From NCBI GenBank assembly GCA_003518055.1, contig DOZJ01000006.1, positions 43,837-107,836 of the forward strand: DNA of 64,000 nt. Reading direction: 5' to 3'. Under the pieces are notes generated by a model. It made no database searches, was not told where the DNA came from, and saw only the letters and a list, made by a program, of their open reading frames with translations. The position numbers and the translations under genes are program-made. Positions 37,114 to 45,857 of this stretch are shown in pieces (position 1 is the stretch's first letter; every line of letters starts with the position of its first letter). Origin of the DNA: Candidatus Falkowbacteria bacterium. GTDB taxonomy: Bacteria > Patescibacteriota > Patescibacteriia > UBA11705.

Positions 37114-37413
37114 TTAGCCCGCGATATTATCAGGATCAAGTTGTTTTAGGGGTTTGAGAGTTCTTTTAGTTATCAGTTTAAGCAGCAACAGAGATAGACT
37201 AAGGCTGGCTTCAACCGAGGTGAAAATCATAATCGGTTTGCTGCCGATGCCAAAACCATAAATGACAAAAACCACCAAGCCGACAAACAGCAGGGAATTC
37301 CAGACTAATGAAATATCGTCGGTGGATTTGGTTTTCCATGATTTAATTACTTGAGGCGCAAGGGCTGACGCGATGATAGCGGTACCGATGTGGCCGATAA
37401 TTTCGATCTCCAT
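37114..37413 (-). CDS. SemiSWEET / PQ-loop family small sugar transporter
   Basis: 99 aa, 3 predicted TM, APQVIKSWKTKSTDDISL PQ-loop motif, pattern matches bacterial SemiSWEETs. Confidence 0.65.
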   Translation of the reverse strand: MEIEIIGHIGTAIIASALAPQVIKSWKTKSTDDISLVWNSLLFVGLVVFVIYGFGIGSKPIMIFTSVEASLSLSLLLLKLITKRTLKPLKQLDPDNIAG

Positions 37414-37575
37414 GATAGTTTGATGTTTGATGACAAACGATTAAAAATAAATTGTAATTTTGATTATAGCAAATAGAGGTTGTTATGCAATACTAAGAGA
37501 GGATAACAATTGACAATTTTTGCGGCTTGTGATATTGTGTGTTGTTGTGGATTTGTTCACAAAGTGGAGGCGAAG

Positions 37576-37812
37576 ATGCGGACGATACGAGAGTTCAAGA
37601 CACAGGTGCAGGCATTGGCCGGAGTTAAAAGCACAGGTCAATTTTGCGGCCTGTCGGAGGCGCATCGAACTTTTTGGAAGGTATTGAATACCCTCGGGTG
37701 GCGGTTGAGAACTCAGGAGCCGGAGCAGACAACTGACGTGGATGCGACGGCGTTTCTGTCTGACACGGAGTGGCGTGAACTCGAGACCGAATTCTGGGCG
37801 CTCGGGAGGTGA
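37576..37812 (+). CDS. hypothetical small protein
   Basis: ATG after AAGTGGAGG RBS; GC-rich segment. Confidence 0.35.
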   Translation: MRTIREFKTQVQALAGVKSTGQFCGLSEAHRTFWKVLNTLGWRLRTQEPEQTTDVDATAFLSDTEWRELETEFWALGR

Positions 37813-37815
37813 AGG

Positions 37816-38091
37816 ATGAAGAAGTTTGTCATCGGCGGGGTCTTGATCATCGCGGCCGCGATTCTGTGTGTGGTATTGCGGTCGATGGGAGACTCGGTTG
37901 AATCAGCTTGGTTCGCGGTTCCGATTGCTCTCGGTGTGGCCGGGATTTGGTTAAAGGTTAGTTGGTTTGTCGAGGCGTATCGCGAGCGTAAGATGATGGT
38001 TCGGCAGTTCGACTCCAAGATGAAAGAGAATCGGTCATTTCAGTTGGCGTTGGCCATGCGTCGCCGTGATCATGAGACTCCGGAACAGTAA
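37816..38091 (+). CDS. small two-TM membrane protein
   Basis: RBS GGGAGGTGAAGG; two hydrophobic helices then basic tail. Confidence 0.4.
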   Translation: MKKFVIGGVLIIAAAILCVVLRSMGDSVESAWFAVPIALGVAGIWLKVSWFVEAYRERKMMVRQFDSKMKENRSFQLALAMRRRDHETPEQ

Positions 38092-38103
38092 TTGGAGGAG
38101 AGC

Positions 38104-38316
38104 ATGAAGAAGAAGCTGATTGCTGGTGGTGTGCTTTTGAGTCTGGCTGCCATTTTGTCTTTTATCTTTGATTTGGTTGATGTTGGGATCGATCGAATTT
38201 GGTATCTGGTTCCGATCGTGATGCTGGTGGTTTCGGGCGTACTGTTGATTGATGTCTCGGTGAATACGTGGTCTAGATTTTCAGCTAAAAAGAAACAGGG
38301 TAGGGGCAAGACATGA
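38104..38316 (+). CDS. small two-TM membrane protein (paralog-like of 37816-38091)
   Basis: same architecture (MKKK..IAGGVLL.LAAIL ... second TM ... basic tail); RBS GGAGGAG. Confidence 0.4.
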   Translation: MKKKLIAGGVLLSLAAILSFIFDLVDVGIDRIWYLVPIVMLVVSGVLLIDVSVNTWSRFSAKKKQGRGKT

Positions 38317-38640
38317 AAGGGTGAAACGTCAATAATAATTGGCGTTTTTTCTATTACAGAATGAAGTTATCAATAAAAGTAAGAATGATTTATAGATGTT
38401 TTAGGCAGCCAATTAAGAGAGGGACGATCTAATTTCAGCTAGCCGGCGCTGATCTGATTTGGCGGAGGCTTTGCCCTGCAATGTCTGCATTCTTTGTTTT
38501 AATAATTTTATTTCCCTTTGGATTTGTTCAATTTCAGCGGCTACATCAGCTGATTTTGGTTTAATTTGCATAATTATTTGAATGATTTATAATATTTGTA
38601 TCAATTATATAATATTGTATTTATTATAACATATAACTTT

Positions 38641-39579
38641 ATGGCTACAGAACTTGAAAATTATTTTTCTCAGGTAAATAAAAGAAGAGAAGAGTCAGGC
38701 GAAGCAGCCGCGGAAGCGGCTAGGGCAGCTGAAAATCCTTGGCAAAATTATCTAAAATCTCAGCAGGATTTAAGTGCCGCTAAGGTTCAGGCAGAGGCTT
38801 TGGCCGCTAAACTTGAACAATCTGACCCTGAAGGTGAAATGGCGGAAGAAATGGAATTGATCCAAACTGATTTGACGGCGCTTGAAACCAGATTAAGTCA
38901 GGTTGAGGGAGCTCAGACAGTTCGCGGGCCGCTTCATGACACTATGGCCGCTGACCTTAAAACTCTGACTGAAAAAATTGCTGATAATAAGGCTGAAGTG
39001 GATAAATTAACCAGTTTAATGACTGCGAATCCAGAAAATAGAGTCAAAGCCATCAATGAACTAACTGATAATCAGGTTGATCAGAGTCAGGAGTTTGATG
39101 GCCGTGTTCAGGCGGAGATTCTCAAGGCGCTTGATGTGGTGCTGCCGGACTGGAAACAAAAGCTGCTGGGTGAGCAAAGTGGTGATGATCAGGCTGCCGG
39201 TAAGAAGGCTATGGAATTGTTACCCGAGTTTATCGGTGCGTCCGGTTTTGAATATCAAGTCATGACTTTGAAACAAGGCAAGTTTGAATTACCCCGTATC
39301 AATGAATTGTCTCCCGAGCAGCGAGAAACAATGAGGCAGGCGGTGGCTCAAATTCTTGATGAAGCAATGAATGAGGCTGAGCGATTGGGTGAAATAAAGG
39401 TTAAGCAGGAAGCAGTGGATTATACGAGTCCGTTTATGGATCGGATTAGTAATAAAAAATCGGGTTTGAGTGCTGATGCTAGGGGCAAGCTGGACCAGAA
39501 TCTGCATTCAATGTTGTATTCATTTGGGGCCGGCGCGCTTGAGCGGATTAAGCAGCTTGAGGCCATGGAAAAAAAATAA
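38641..39579 (+). CDS. hypothetical coiled-coil protein
   Basis: Ala/Glu/Gln/Lys-rich heptad-like sequence; terminator follows. Confidence 0.45.
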   Translation: MATELENYFSQVNKRREESGEAAAEAARAAENPWQNYLKSQQDLSAAKVQAEALAAKLEQSDPEGEMAEEMELIQTDLTALETRLSQVEGAQTVRGPLHDTMAADLKTLTEKIADNKAEVDKLTSLMTANPENRVKAINELTDNQVDQSQEFDGRVQAEILKALDVVLPDWKQKLLGEQSGDDQAAGKKAMELLPEFIGASGFEYQVMTLKQGKFELPRINELSPEQRETMRQAVAQILDEAMNEAERLGEIKVKQEAVDYTSPFMDRISNKKSGLSADARGKLDQNLHSMLYSFGAGALERIKQLEAMEKK

Positions 39580-39595
39580 TTAAAGACAAAAATAG

Positions 39596-39620
39596 GAGCT
39601 CGATATGAGCTCTTTTTTTT
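39596..39620 (+). terminator. intrinsic terminator (GAGCTC-GATAT-GAGCTC-T8)
   Basis: hand-folded. Confidence 0.6.
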
Positions 39621-39687
39621 GAGCAAATTTTTGTGATCTGATATAAGTCGTTAGCTGATCTGCAGGCTTGAGTGGCTCAGAATGGAT

Positions 39688-40341
39688 TTAATTTTTGCCT
39701 TTCCATTCTTGAAAGAATTCAGCTAAAAAATTTTCCATTACTTTATGTCTTTTTCTCGCCATTCTTTTTGCTGTTTTGGTATTCATTAAATCTTTTAGGA
39801 GCAGCAGTTTTTCATAAAAATGGTTAATCGTGTGGCTTTGATTTTTTTTATATTGTTCAAACGACGCATGTTTTTCAGGTTTAATTTCCGGATTGTACAT
39901 TTCACGCCCCTTGGCACCGCCGTAGGCAAAAGTTCTGCCGATTCCAATGGCACCGATTGCGTCTAATCGATCAGCATCTTGGACCACCATACCTTCGATG
40001 GTTTTCATTTTGGTTGAGACGCCTGCGCCTTTGAACGAAGCGTCTTTGATGATTTGGCAAACATGGGAAATCACCTTTTCATCAACCGCTGATTTTTCGA
40101 GCCATTCTCTTGCCTTTCGTGGACCGACATTATCGTCACCATGATTAAATTTCCAGTCAGCAATATCATGAAGCAGGGCGGCAAGTTCAACTACGAACAA
40201 ATCAACACTCTCATGTTTGCCAATGTGGAGCGCATTTTTCCAGACGCGATAAACATGCCACCAGTCATGGCCGGAACCTTCGCCGGTGAGTTTAGATTTG
40301 ATGTGTTTAGCGGTTTTTTTGATGATTTGTTTCTTGGTCAT
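39688..40341 (-). CDS. HD-domain metal-dependent phosphohydrolase (YpgQ/YedJ-like)
   Basis: H...HD (SGHDWWHVYRV), LLHDIADWKF, DADRLDAIG motifs. Confidence 0.7.
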   Translation of the reverse strand: MTKKQIIKKTAKHIKSKLTGEGSGHDWWHVYRVWKNALHIGKHESVDLFVVELAALLHDIADWKFNHGDDNVGPRKAREWLEKSAVDEKVISHVCQIIKDASFKGAGVSTKMKTIEGMVVQDADRLDAIGAIGIGRTFAYGGAKGREMYNPEIKPEKHASFEQYKKNQSHTINHFYEKLLLLKDLMNTKTAKRMARKRHKVMENFLAEFFQEWKGKN

Positions 40342-40362
40342 TTTATAAAAAGTTATAATAGT

Positions 40363-40704
40363 TTATAAAGAGTTTATGGTGCAGTGATTGTTTTTACAGG
40401 CGCATGGCTGCTGCACGTTGAGCGGCGGTTCGCATTGATGGACAAAGCCCTCGGTAAAATCCGGTTCGTCCCGGACGCTATCGAGATAGCTGCTGTTCAT
40501 ACAGCCGCATTGGCCATATGTATCTGAAATCGGAGACACCCACTCACAATCAGCATCAACCGTGCAAGCATATTTATCATAGTTAACTTTTTCAATATCG
40601 TCGGGTTGATTGGTGATTTGCGGCCTGTCATTGGTTAATTCGCAGCCGACTAGGGTGAGTGAGAAGATGAAGATGATGATAAAATGAATTTTATTGGTGT
40701 GCAT
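40363..40704 (-). CDS. Cys-rich lipoprotein
   Basis: signal peptide with lipobox LTLVGC; 8 Cys in mature 90 aa; AT-rich gene. Confidence 0.5.
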   Translation of the reverse strand: MHTNKIHFIIIFIFSLTLVGCELTNDRPQITNQPDDIEKVNYDKYACTVDADCEWVSPISDTYGQCGCMNSSYLDSVRDEPDFTEGFVHQCEPPLNVQQPCACKNNHCTINSL

Positions 40705-40765
40705 AGGTTGGAGTTTATGGTTTTGGATAATGGATTGATGGTGGGGGTCTCAGAAGCCAAGACGC

Positions 40766-41347
40766 CTATTCTATTTTGTCTGATTTAGATAAATTGCATT
40801 TAGCACAAAGTAACCTTATATTTTTTGTTATCAAACTGGTGCCACCTCTAGAAAAAGGTAAATCATGGTCAAAATGTAAATTCTTTATTGAGCCACATAA
40901 TACACATTTACCACCATCTCTTTTCCAAACTTCTTTTTTTACTTCGCTTGGTATAAGCCGCGTATGTGCAAGATCAATGTGCTCATTTGTGATTAAATTT
41001 TGTTCATTTGATAATTTTAAGATGAATACAAATACCTGTCTTTTCCCATCGTTTTTTACTTTGTAATCAATCAAATCAAATAAGCCTTTTAGCGACCAAA
41101 CGCCTGATAAAATCTTCTCATATACTTTAACGACTTCGGATTTGGACGTTTTATTTTTAAATTTTTCTACCGCTTCAATAAATTTTCCATTTTGGGTTAA
41201 GGTGCCATTTCTTGTTTGTTGCGGTTGATCATGTTGTTTGGGATTCATTTCATATGATGTTTTTGGCTCATCGTGCCCCTGATATTCAATAGTAATTCCA
41301 TCATTGGAAATACTATCGGAATATGGCGCATTTGATCTGCGTGACAT
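40766..41347 (-). CDS. HNH endonuclease with N-terminal domain of unknown function
   Basis: C-terminal CVLCGS...HFDHDLPFSRGG...NIRLLCAKCNLSK (HNH/McrA-like) motif. Confidence 0.7.
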   Translation of the reverse strand: MSRRSNAPYSDSISNDGITIEYQGHDEPKTSYEMNPKQHDQPQQTRNGTLTQNGKFIEAVEKFKNKTSKSEVVKVYEKILSGVWSLKGLFDLIDYKVKNDGKRQVFVFILKLSNEQNLITNEHIDLAHTRLIPSEVKKEVWKRDGGKCVLCGSIKNLHFDHDLPFSRGGTSLITKNIRLLCAKCNLSKSDKIE

Positions 41348-41627
41348 TAAATAACGGAATATTTTGGGTTCATTCGAAAATTCATACCTCGCTGTAAGGT
41401 TTGGACGTTCTCAATGTCACACATTTCTCGGTATGAATATATCTGATCAATCATAGATAGTCTTCAATAAAATAAAGTGTATCAATTCTTTTGATTTCAT
41501 CGTTTGTAACTTTAGTATTATAGATCAAATTATTATATTTTAGCAATTTCTGCCAGGTGTTGATTGGGTCGTATTTTGAGTATATTTAAATCAACAAAAA
41601 AGAGGTAATGATTTACCTCAGAATAAA

Positions 41628-42005
41628 TTATGTTGTTTCGATTTCAACCAGATACGGGTCAATATCAGTTCCGTGTGATACGGTCTCGCCATAGAATTGC
41701 CATGACCGCGTGATTCTCGCCGAGATCTCGGCGATCAGCAGATGACGGTTGATCAGCTCGATGAGCTCTCTATCATTGTCTCTCAGCCGCAGGAGGAATG
41801 CCCGCTGGACAGCTTCAGGGACTTCAGCCAGAATTTCAGGCCGCCCGCAGATGACTGAGTGATGTCTGGGGACAGCCAAATCGTAGCCGAGTTGAATTTG
41901 TCTTACCTGGCTGGGCATAACCGGCGATCTTGAATTTTTGAGATTGAAACGAATGGCATTGACAAAGGAGGCAAGAATCAGAGAGAGGTGTTCAGCGGTC
42001 TTCAT
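41628..42005 (-). CDS. hypothetical protein (GC-rich gene in AT-rich context)
   Basis: 125-aa ORF, no motif recognised. Confidence 0.35.
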   Translation of the reverse strand: MKTAEHLSLILASFVNAIRFNLKNSRSPVMPSQVRQIQLGYDLAVPRHHSVICGRPEILAEVPEAVQRAFLLRLRDNDRELIELINRHLLIAEISARITRSWQFYGETVSHGTDIDPYLVEIETT

Positions 42006-42103
42006 CTGGAGCTCCTTTTCCCGTTGATGAATGCGGTGTGGGATTAAAAAGGCAACTTGGGATTATACCTTGTTTTGATTTTTTTGTCAATGGGTGGTGC
42101 TTA

Positions 42104-42859
42104 TTATATTTCTAATTTTACGATTACTGGAACATGGTCAGAGATTTTATTTATATCAATGGTAGGTGTTTCGTGTTTGATCTTTTCTGAAATAAATATG
42201 TAGTCTATTTTGAAATTGAGACCAGCTGGCACTTTCCAATCATGATATTTAAAATCATACATCGTCCATGTTTTGAGAGTATTTTTCTCATCCACATCCT
42301 TAAGGTATTGTTTGATTTTTTTGACTCCCTGGTTTTCAGGAGTTGAATTAAAATCACCCGTTAAAATAATGGGCAAGTCATTATTATTTTTTATCACCTC
42401 AATAACTTTTTCAATCTGCCGAAGCTTAATTTCGGTCGGTTGAAATTGTTTTGAATATCCTAAGTGCAGGGTCATAAAGCAGACAATTTTGTCATCAACG
42501 TTAATTTTTGTTTCCAAGAGAGTCCGTGGCTCAGTTATCGCAGTTCCATCCCATTCTTCTGGAAGACTGAGAAAATGTCTTTTATTATCGACGATTGGAA
42601 ATTTTGAAATAATACAATTCCCAAACTGACCTTCAGCAAAACTGCCTGTTTTTTGATTCTCAATACTCGGGCTATATGCAAAATTATAACCTAGTGACTG
42701 GGCGATTTTTTCTGTAATATTTATGAATTCTGTTTCTTCAAGATTATTATCTACTTCTTGAAAACCCATTAATTCAATTTTATTATCTTTCACAAAATTA
42801 ATAATTTGTTTCCAGTTTTTCCCTGACCAAATGTTCCAGCTCATCACTTTTATTTCCAT
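42104..42859 (-). CDS. endonuclease/exonuclease/phosphatase (EEP) family protein
   Basis: MSWNIWSG...GFQEV N-terminus, GDFNS, C-terminal SDHVPV motifs. Confidence 0.7.
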   Translation of the reverse strand: MEIKVMSWNIWSGKNWKQIINFVKDNKIELMGFQEVDNNLEETEFINITEKIAQSLGYNFAYSPSIENQKTGSFAEGQFGNCIISKFPIVDNKRHFLSLPEEWDGTAITEPRTLLETKINVDDKIVCFMTLHLGYSKQFQPTEIKLRQIEKVIEVIKNNNDLPIILTGDFNSTPENQGVKKIKQYLKDVDEKNTLKTWTMYDFKYHDWKVPAGLNFKIDYIFISEKIKHETPTIDINKISDHVPVIVKLEI

Positions 42860-43034
42860 AATAAAATTAGAATTAGTGTATCTTAATAAAGATTGCGGTG
42901 TGACATTGATTATTTGCTTAATGTTTGTCAGCCATACTAAGCTGCGGATTGGTGGCGGAGTCGTGCATTGCGGGACGAGAGTGCTTTTGCGGAGCTGGTA
43001 TCTAGCTATACTTTTACCATTTTAATTATACATC

Positions 43035-43062
43035 AAAAAAATGTAAAACCGCAATTTTACAC
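43035..43062 (-). terminator. prmC terminator (AU-rich 7-bp stem TGTAAAA/TTTTACA + T7 on minus strand)
   Basis: hand-folded. Confidence 0.45.
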
Positions 43063-43971
43063 AATTTTGACGATCATCACGCGGTCTAAGCCGCATAAAT
43101 CTTTTTTAACTTGAATTTTGGAAGTGGGGAAAATTGTTTTGATGATTTTTTTCAGGGTAGGTGTTTGCCGCGGGTCAAATTCGATCAGGATAAATTTTGG
43201 TTGATGTTTCAGCTTGGCGGCTTGATGAAAGAATTCGCGGTAAGCGTTTAGTCCATCGGGGCCGGAGTAGAGGGCGGTGTGGGGTTCGAATTTTAGGCCG
43301 ATGGTGTCGAATGACTTTTGTCGCCCTTCGACTGAGCTCAGGGTGACAAGTCCTTTAATGTTCGAGGTCGGCAGGTAGGGAAGATTGGCGATGAGAATAT
43401 CGATTTTTTGGTTTTTTAGAGGCTCCAATAAATTGCCATGCAGGAATTTTATTTTGGCGTGATGAAGGCGGGCGTTTTTTTGGGCGACGGTTAATGCTTT
43501 GGCGGATATGTCCGTAGCGAAGATGTTGGCGGCCGGCAGGGGTCGGGTATGCCCGACACTTACGGTTATTGCCACCGCGATGGCGCCCGATCCGGTGCCG
43601 ATCTCGGCGATATTGATATTTGTGGGTTGCCGGTCGCGACCGGCAGTTACCAGTTTTATGGTTTCGCTGACAAGGAGTTCAGTATCCGGTCGAGGGATAA
43701 GCACGGAGCGATTAACATAAAAGTCCAAACCGTAAAATTCTTTGTGGTGGGTAAGGTAGGCGATTGGGCGGCCGGCGGTTCTTTGTTTGATCAGGGTTTT
43801 AAATCGCGCGGCTTGATTTTTGGTCAAAGTTTTTTCCGGATAAGTAAAAAGATATTCTTTGGTTTTTTTTAACACAAAGGCCAGTAAAATTTGCGCGTCC
43901 AAAAGAGCAGAGTCTAGAGTCTGCTTTTTAAATATGGCTAAGGCTGATTTTAGCGCTTGGTTGATTGTCAT
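43057..43971 (-). CDS. prmC: release-factor glutamine N5-methyltransferase PrmC/HemK
   Basis: SAM motif AEIGTGSGAIAVA, NLPYLP (NPPY-like); trimmed so N-terminus does not read through tandem repeat. Confidence 0.8.
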   Translation of the reverse strand: MTINQALKSALAIFKKQTLDSALLDAQILLAFVLKKTKEYLFTYPEKTLTKNQAARFKTLIKQRTAGRPIAYLTHHKEFYGLDFYVNRSVLIPRPDTELLVSETIKLVTAGRDRQPTNINIAEIGTGSGAIAVAITVSVGHTRPLPAANIFATDISAKALTVAQKNARLHHAKIKFLHGNLLEPLKNQKIDILIANLPYLPTSNIKGLVTLSSVEGRQKSFDTIGLKFEPHTALYSGPDGLNAYREFFHQAAKLKHQPKFILIEFDPRQTPTLKKIIKTIFPTSKIQVKKDLCGLDRVMIVKIV

Positions 43972-43974
43972 ATG

Positions 43975-44337
43975 AATTATTTCCTGTCCTTTAGGGCGGG
44001 GAGTCGAGCTCAGCACCCGGGCTACTGCCTGCGCTGAAGCTTCGGCAGTCAAGAAAGCCGCGGGGAAGGGTGAATTTTCCCTGTCCTTTAGGGCGGGAAG
44101 CCGAGTTCAGTACCCGGGCTGAAGCCACGGGGAAGGGTGAATTTTCCCTGTCCTTTAGGGCGGGGAGTCGAGTTCAGCACCCGGGCTACTGCCTGCGCTG
44201 AAGCTTCGGCAGTCAAGAAAGCCGCGGGGAAGGGTGAATTTTCCCTGTCCTTTAGGGCGGGAAGTCGAGCTCAGTACCCGGGCTACTGCCTGCGCTGAAG
44301 CTTTGTCAGTCAAGAAAGCCGCGGGGAAGAGATTATT
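43975..44337. repeat. tandem array, 4 copies of ~100-bp GC-rich unit (one copy with ~33-bp internal deletion) in prfA-prmC intergenic region
   Basis: unit GAATTTTCCCTGTCCTTTAGGGCGGGGAGTCGAGCTCAGCACCCGGGCTACTGCCTGCGCTGAAGCTTCGGCAGTCAAGAAAGCCGCGGGGAAGGGT repeated head-to-tail. Confidence 0.85.
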
Positions 44338-44349
44338 ACCGGTTGATAT

Positions 44350-45411
44350 TTATTTTTCTTGCAGGCTAGTTTTCTCGGCGGCGGTTTTGAGGGCGGTGAT
44401 GATCGGTTCAATCTGGCCGTCCAGAATTATCGGGATGTTGTTCCAGCTTTCTTTGATGCGGTGGTCGGTGATGCGATCCTGAGGGAAATTATAGGTGCGG
44501 ATTTTTTCGCTGCGATCACCGGTGCCGATTTGAGATTTGCGGGCGGCGCCTAATTCTTTTTGGCGTTTTTCTTCCTGCAATTCAAATAGCCGCGTGCGCA
44601 GAACTTTCATGGCTTTGTCTTTGTTTTGAAGTTGAGAGCGTTCATCTTGGCATTGCACCACGAGACCGGAGGGTTCATGCGTAATGCGTACGGCGGATTT
44701 GGTGGTGTTTACGCTCTGGCCACCGTGGCCGCCGGCGCAAAAGGTGTCGATGCGCAGATCCTGAGGATCGATTTTGACATCGACGTCTTCGGCTTCAGGC
44801 AGTACCGCGACAGTCACGGTTGACGTGTGGACTCGGCCTTGTTTTTCCGTTTCCGGCACGCGTTGGACTCGATGGACGCCGCTCTCATATTTTAAATGGC
44901 TAAAAACTTTGTGACCGTTGATTTCAAAGATAATTTCCTTGAACCCGCCGATGCCGATTTGGTTTGAAGACAAGATAACCAATTTCCAGCCTTGGATTTC
45001 GGCGTAGCGGGAATACATTCGAAACAATTCAGCGGCAAACAACGCTGATTCATCGCCACCAGCGCCGGCGCGGATTTCCACGATGACATTTTTGGCGTCG
45101 CGGGGATCTTTGGGCAGGAGGGCGGATTTGATTTCGGCTTGGAGGGATTCGATTTTCGGCGTTAACTCATTGATTTCTTGTTCGGCTAATTCGATTAAAT
45201 CAGGGTCATCAGCTTCGAGGGTTTTTTCAGCGTCAACTAGGGCCGCTTGATATTTTTCAAGCAGAACAATTTGATCATAAGTGGGTTTGAGCTCAGCATG
45301 TTCGGTGGATACGGTGCGTAGTTTGGCTGGATCAGAAAGAACTTCGGTGGATTGAAGCTGAGTTTCCAGATTGAGAAATTTTTCTTTGAGTTGTTGGGTT
45401 TGGTTGGTCAT
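44350..45411 (-). CDS. prfA: peptide chain release factor 1
   Basis: [19 protein letters not shown] tripeptide (PxT), RF1-type. Confidence 0.9.
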   Translation of the reverse strand: MTNQTQQLKEKFLNLETQLQSTEVLSDPAKLRTVSTEHAELKPTYDQIVLLEKYQAALVDAEKTLEADDPDLIELAEQEINELTPKIESLQAEIKSALLPKDPRDAKNVIVEIRAGAGGDESALFAAELFRMYSRYAEIQGWKLVILSSNQIGIGGFKEIIFEINGHKVFSHLKYESGVHRVQRVPETEKQGRVHTSTVTVAVLPEAEDVDVKIDPQDLRIDTFCAGGHGGQSVNTTKSAVRITHEPSGLVVQCQDERSQLQNKDKAMKVLRTRLFELQEEKRQKELGAARKSQIGTGDRSEKIRTYNFPQDRITDHRIKESWNNIPIILDGQIEPIITALKTAAEKTSLQEK

Positions 45412-45490
45412 GTAATACTAATTTACGAATAATACGAATATTACGAAAACATCACGGGATTGTTACGAATTTACGAATTACGAAAACATG
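45412..45490 (-). promoter_or_regulatory. TTCGTAA x6 array 5' of prfA (no SD)
   Basis: minus-sense TTCGTAATTCGTAAATTCGTAACAATCCCGTGATGTTTTCGTAATATTCGTATTATTCGTAAATTAGTATTAC-ATG. Confidence 0.55.
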
Positions 45491-45523
45491 AAAGCGAGAA
45501 AGTGATGTCGTCTAAAGCATAAC

Positions 45524-45560
45524 AAAAAACCAGCTGAAAAGATAGACGGGAATCAGCTGG
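45524..45560 (-). terminator. rpmE terminator (CCAGCTGA/TCAGCTGG stem, long loop, T-run on minus strand)
   Basis: hand-folded. Confidence 0.45.
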
Positions 45561-45572
45561 CTATATGAGTAG

Positions 45573-45857
45573 TTATTTGTCAGCAGTCGCTTTTTTGACT
45601 TTGCCTTTGGCTTGAAGTTTGGTGCGTTTGCTGCGATTTTTGTCCTTTTTTTCCGCGGATTTGGCCATGCGGGCTTTGAAGCGGTCAACCACACCGGCGG
45701 TATCTACCAATTTTTGTTGGCCGGTATAGAAAGGATGACACATATGACAAAGTTCGATATCGATTTTTTCTTTTGATGAGCCAACGACAAATTCATTACC
45801 GCAGGCGCAGGTAATTTTTGCTTGGTGGTGATATTTCGGGTGAAGATCGGTTTTCAT
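45573..45857 (-). CDS. rpmE: 50S ribosomal protein L31 (with Lys-rich C-terminal extension)
   Basis: MKTDLHPKYH...CxCG...CHMCHPFYTG zinc-ribbon L31. Confidence 0.85.
   Translation of the reverse strand: MKTDLHPKYHHQAKITCACGNEFVVGSSKEKIDIELCHMCHPFYTGQQKLVDTAGVVDRFKARMAKSAEKKDKNRSKRTKLQAKGKVKKATADK

Noticed and set aside
41348-41627. Possible pseudogene in the 280-bp ORF-free gap upstream of the HNH gene
   Set aside because: Short in-frame fragments (for example KVTNDEIKRIDTLYFIEDYL) can be read, but no homology is recognisable by eye. Noted only as possible gene decay inside the islet finding.
43972-44052. N-terminal 27-aa extension of prmC in the supplied ORF (start 44052)
   Set aside because: The extension is encoded by the tandem repeat array. 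The conserved HemK sequence begins at Met 43971, so the upstream start is spurious.
43975-44337. Possible CRISPR array
   Set aside because: Units are ~100 bp and directly abut with no unique spacers. There are no cas genes. This is a minisatellite, not a CRISPR array.
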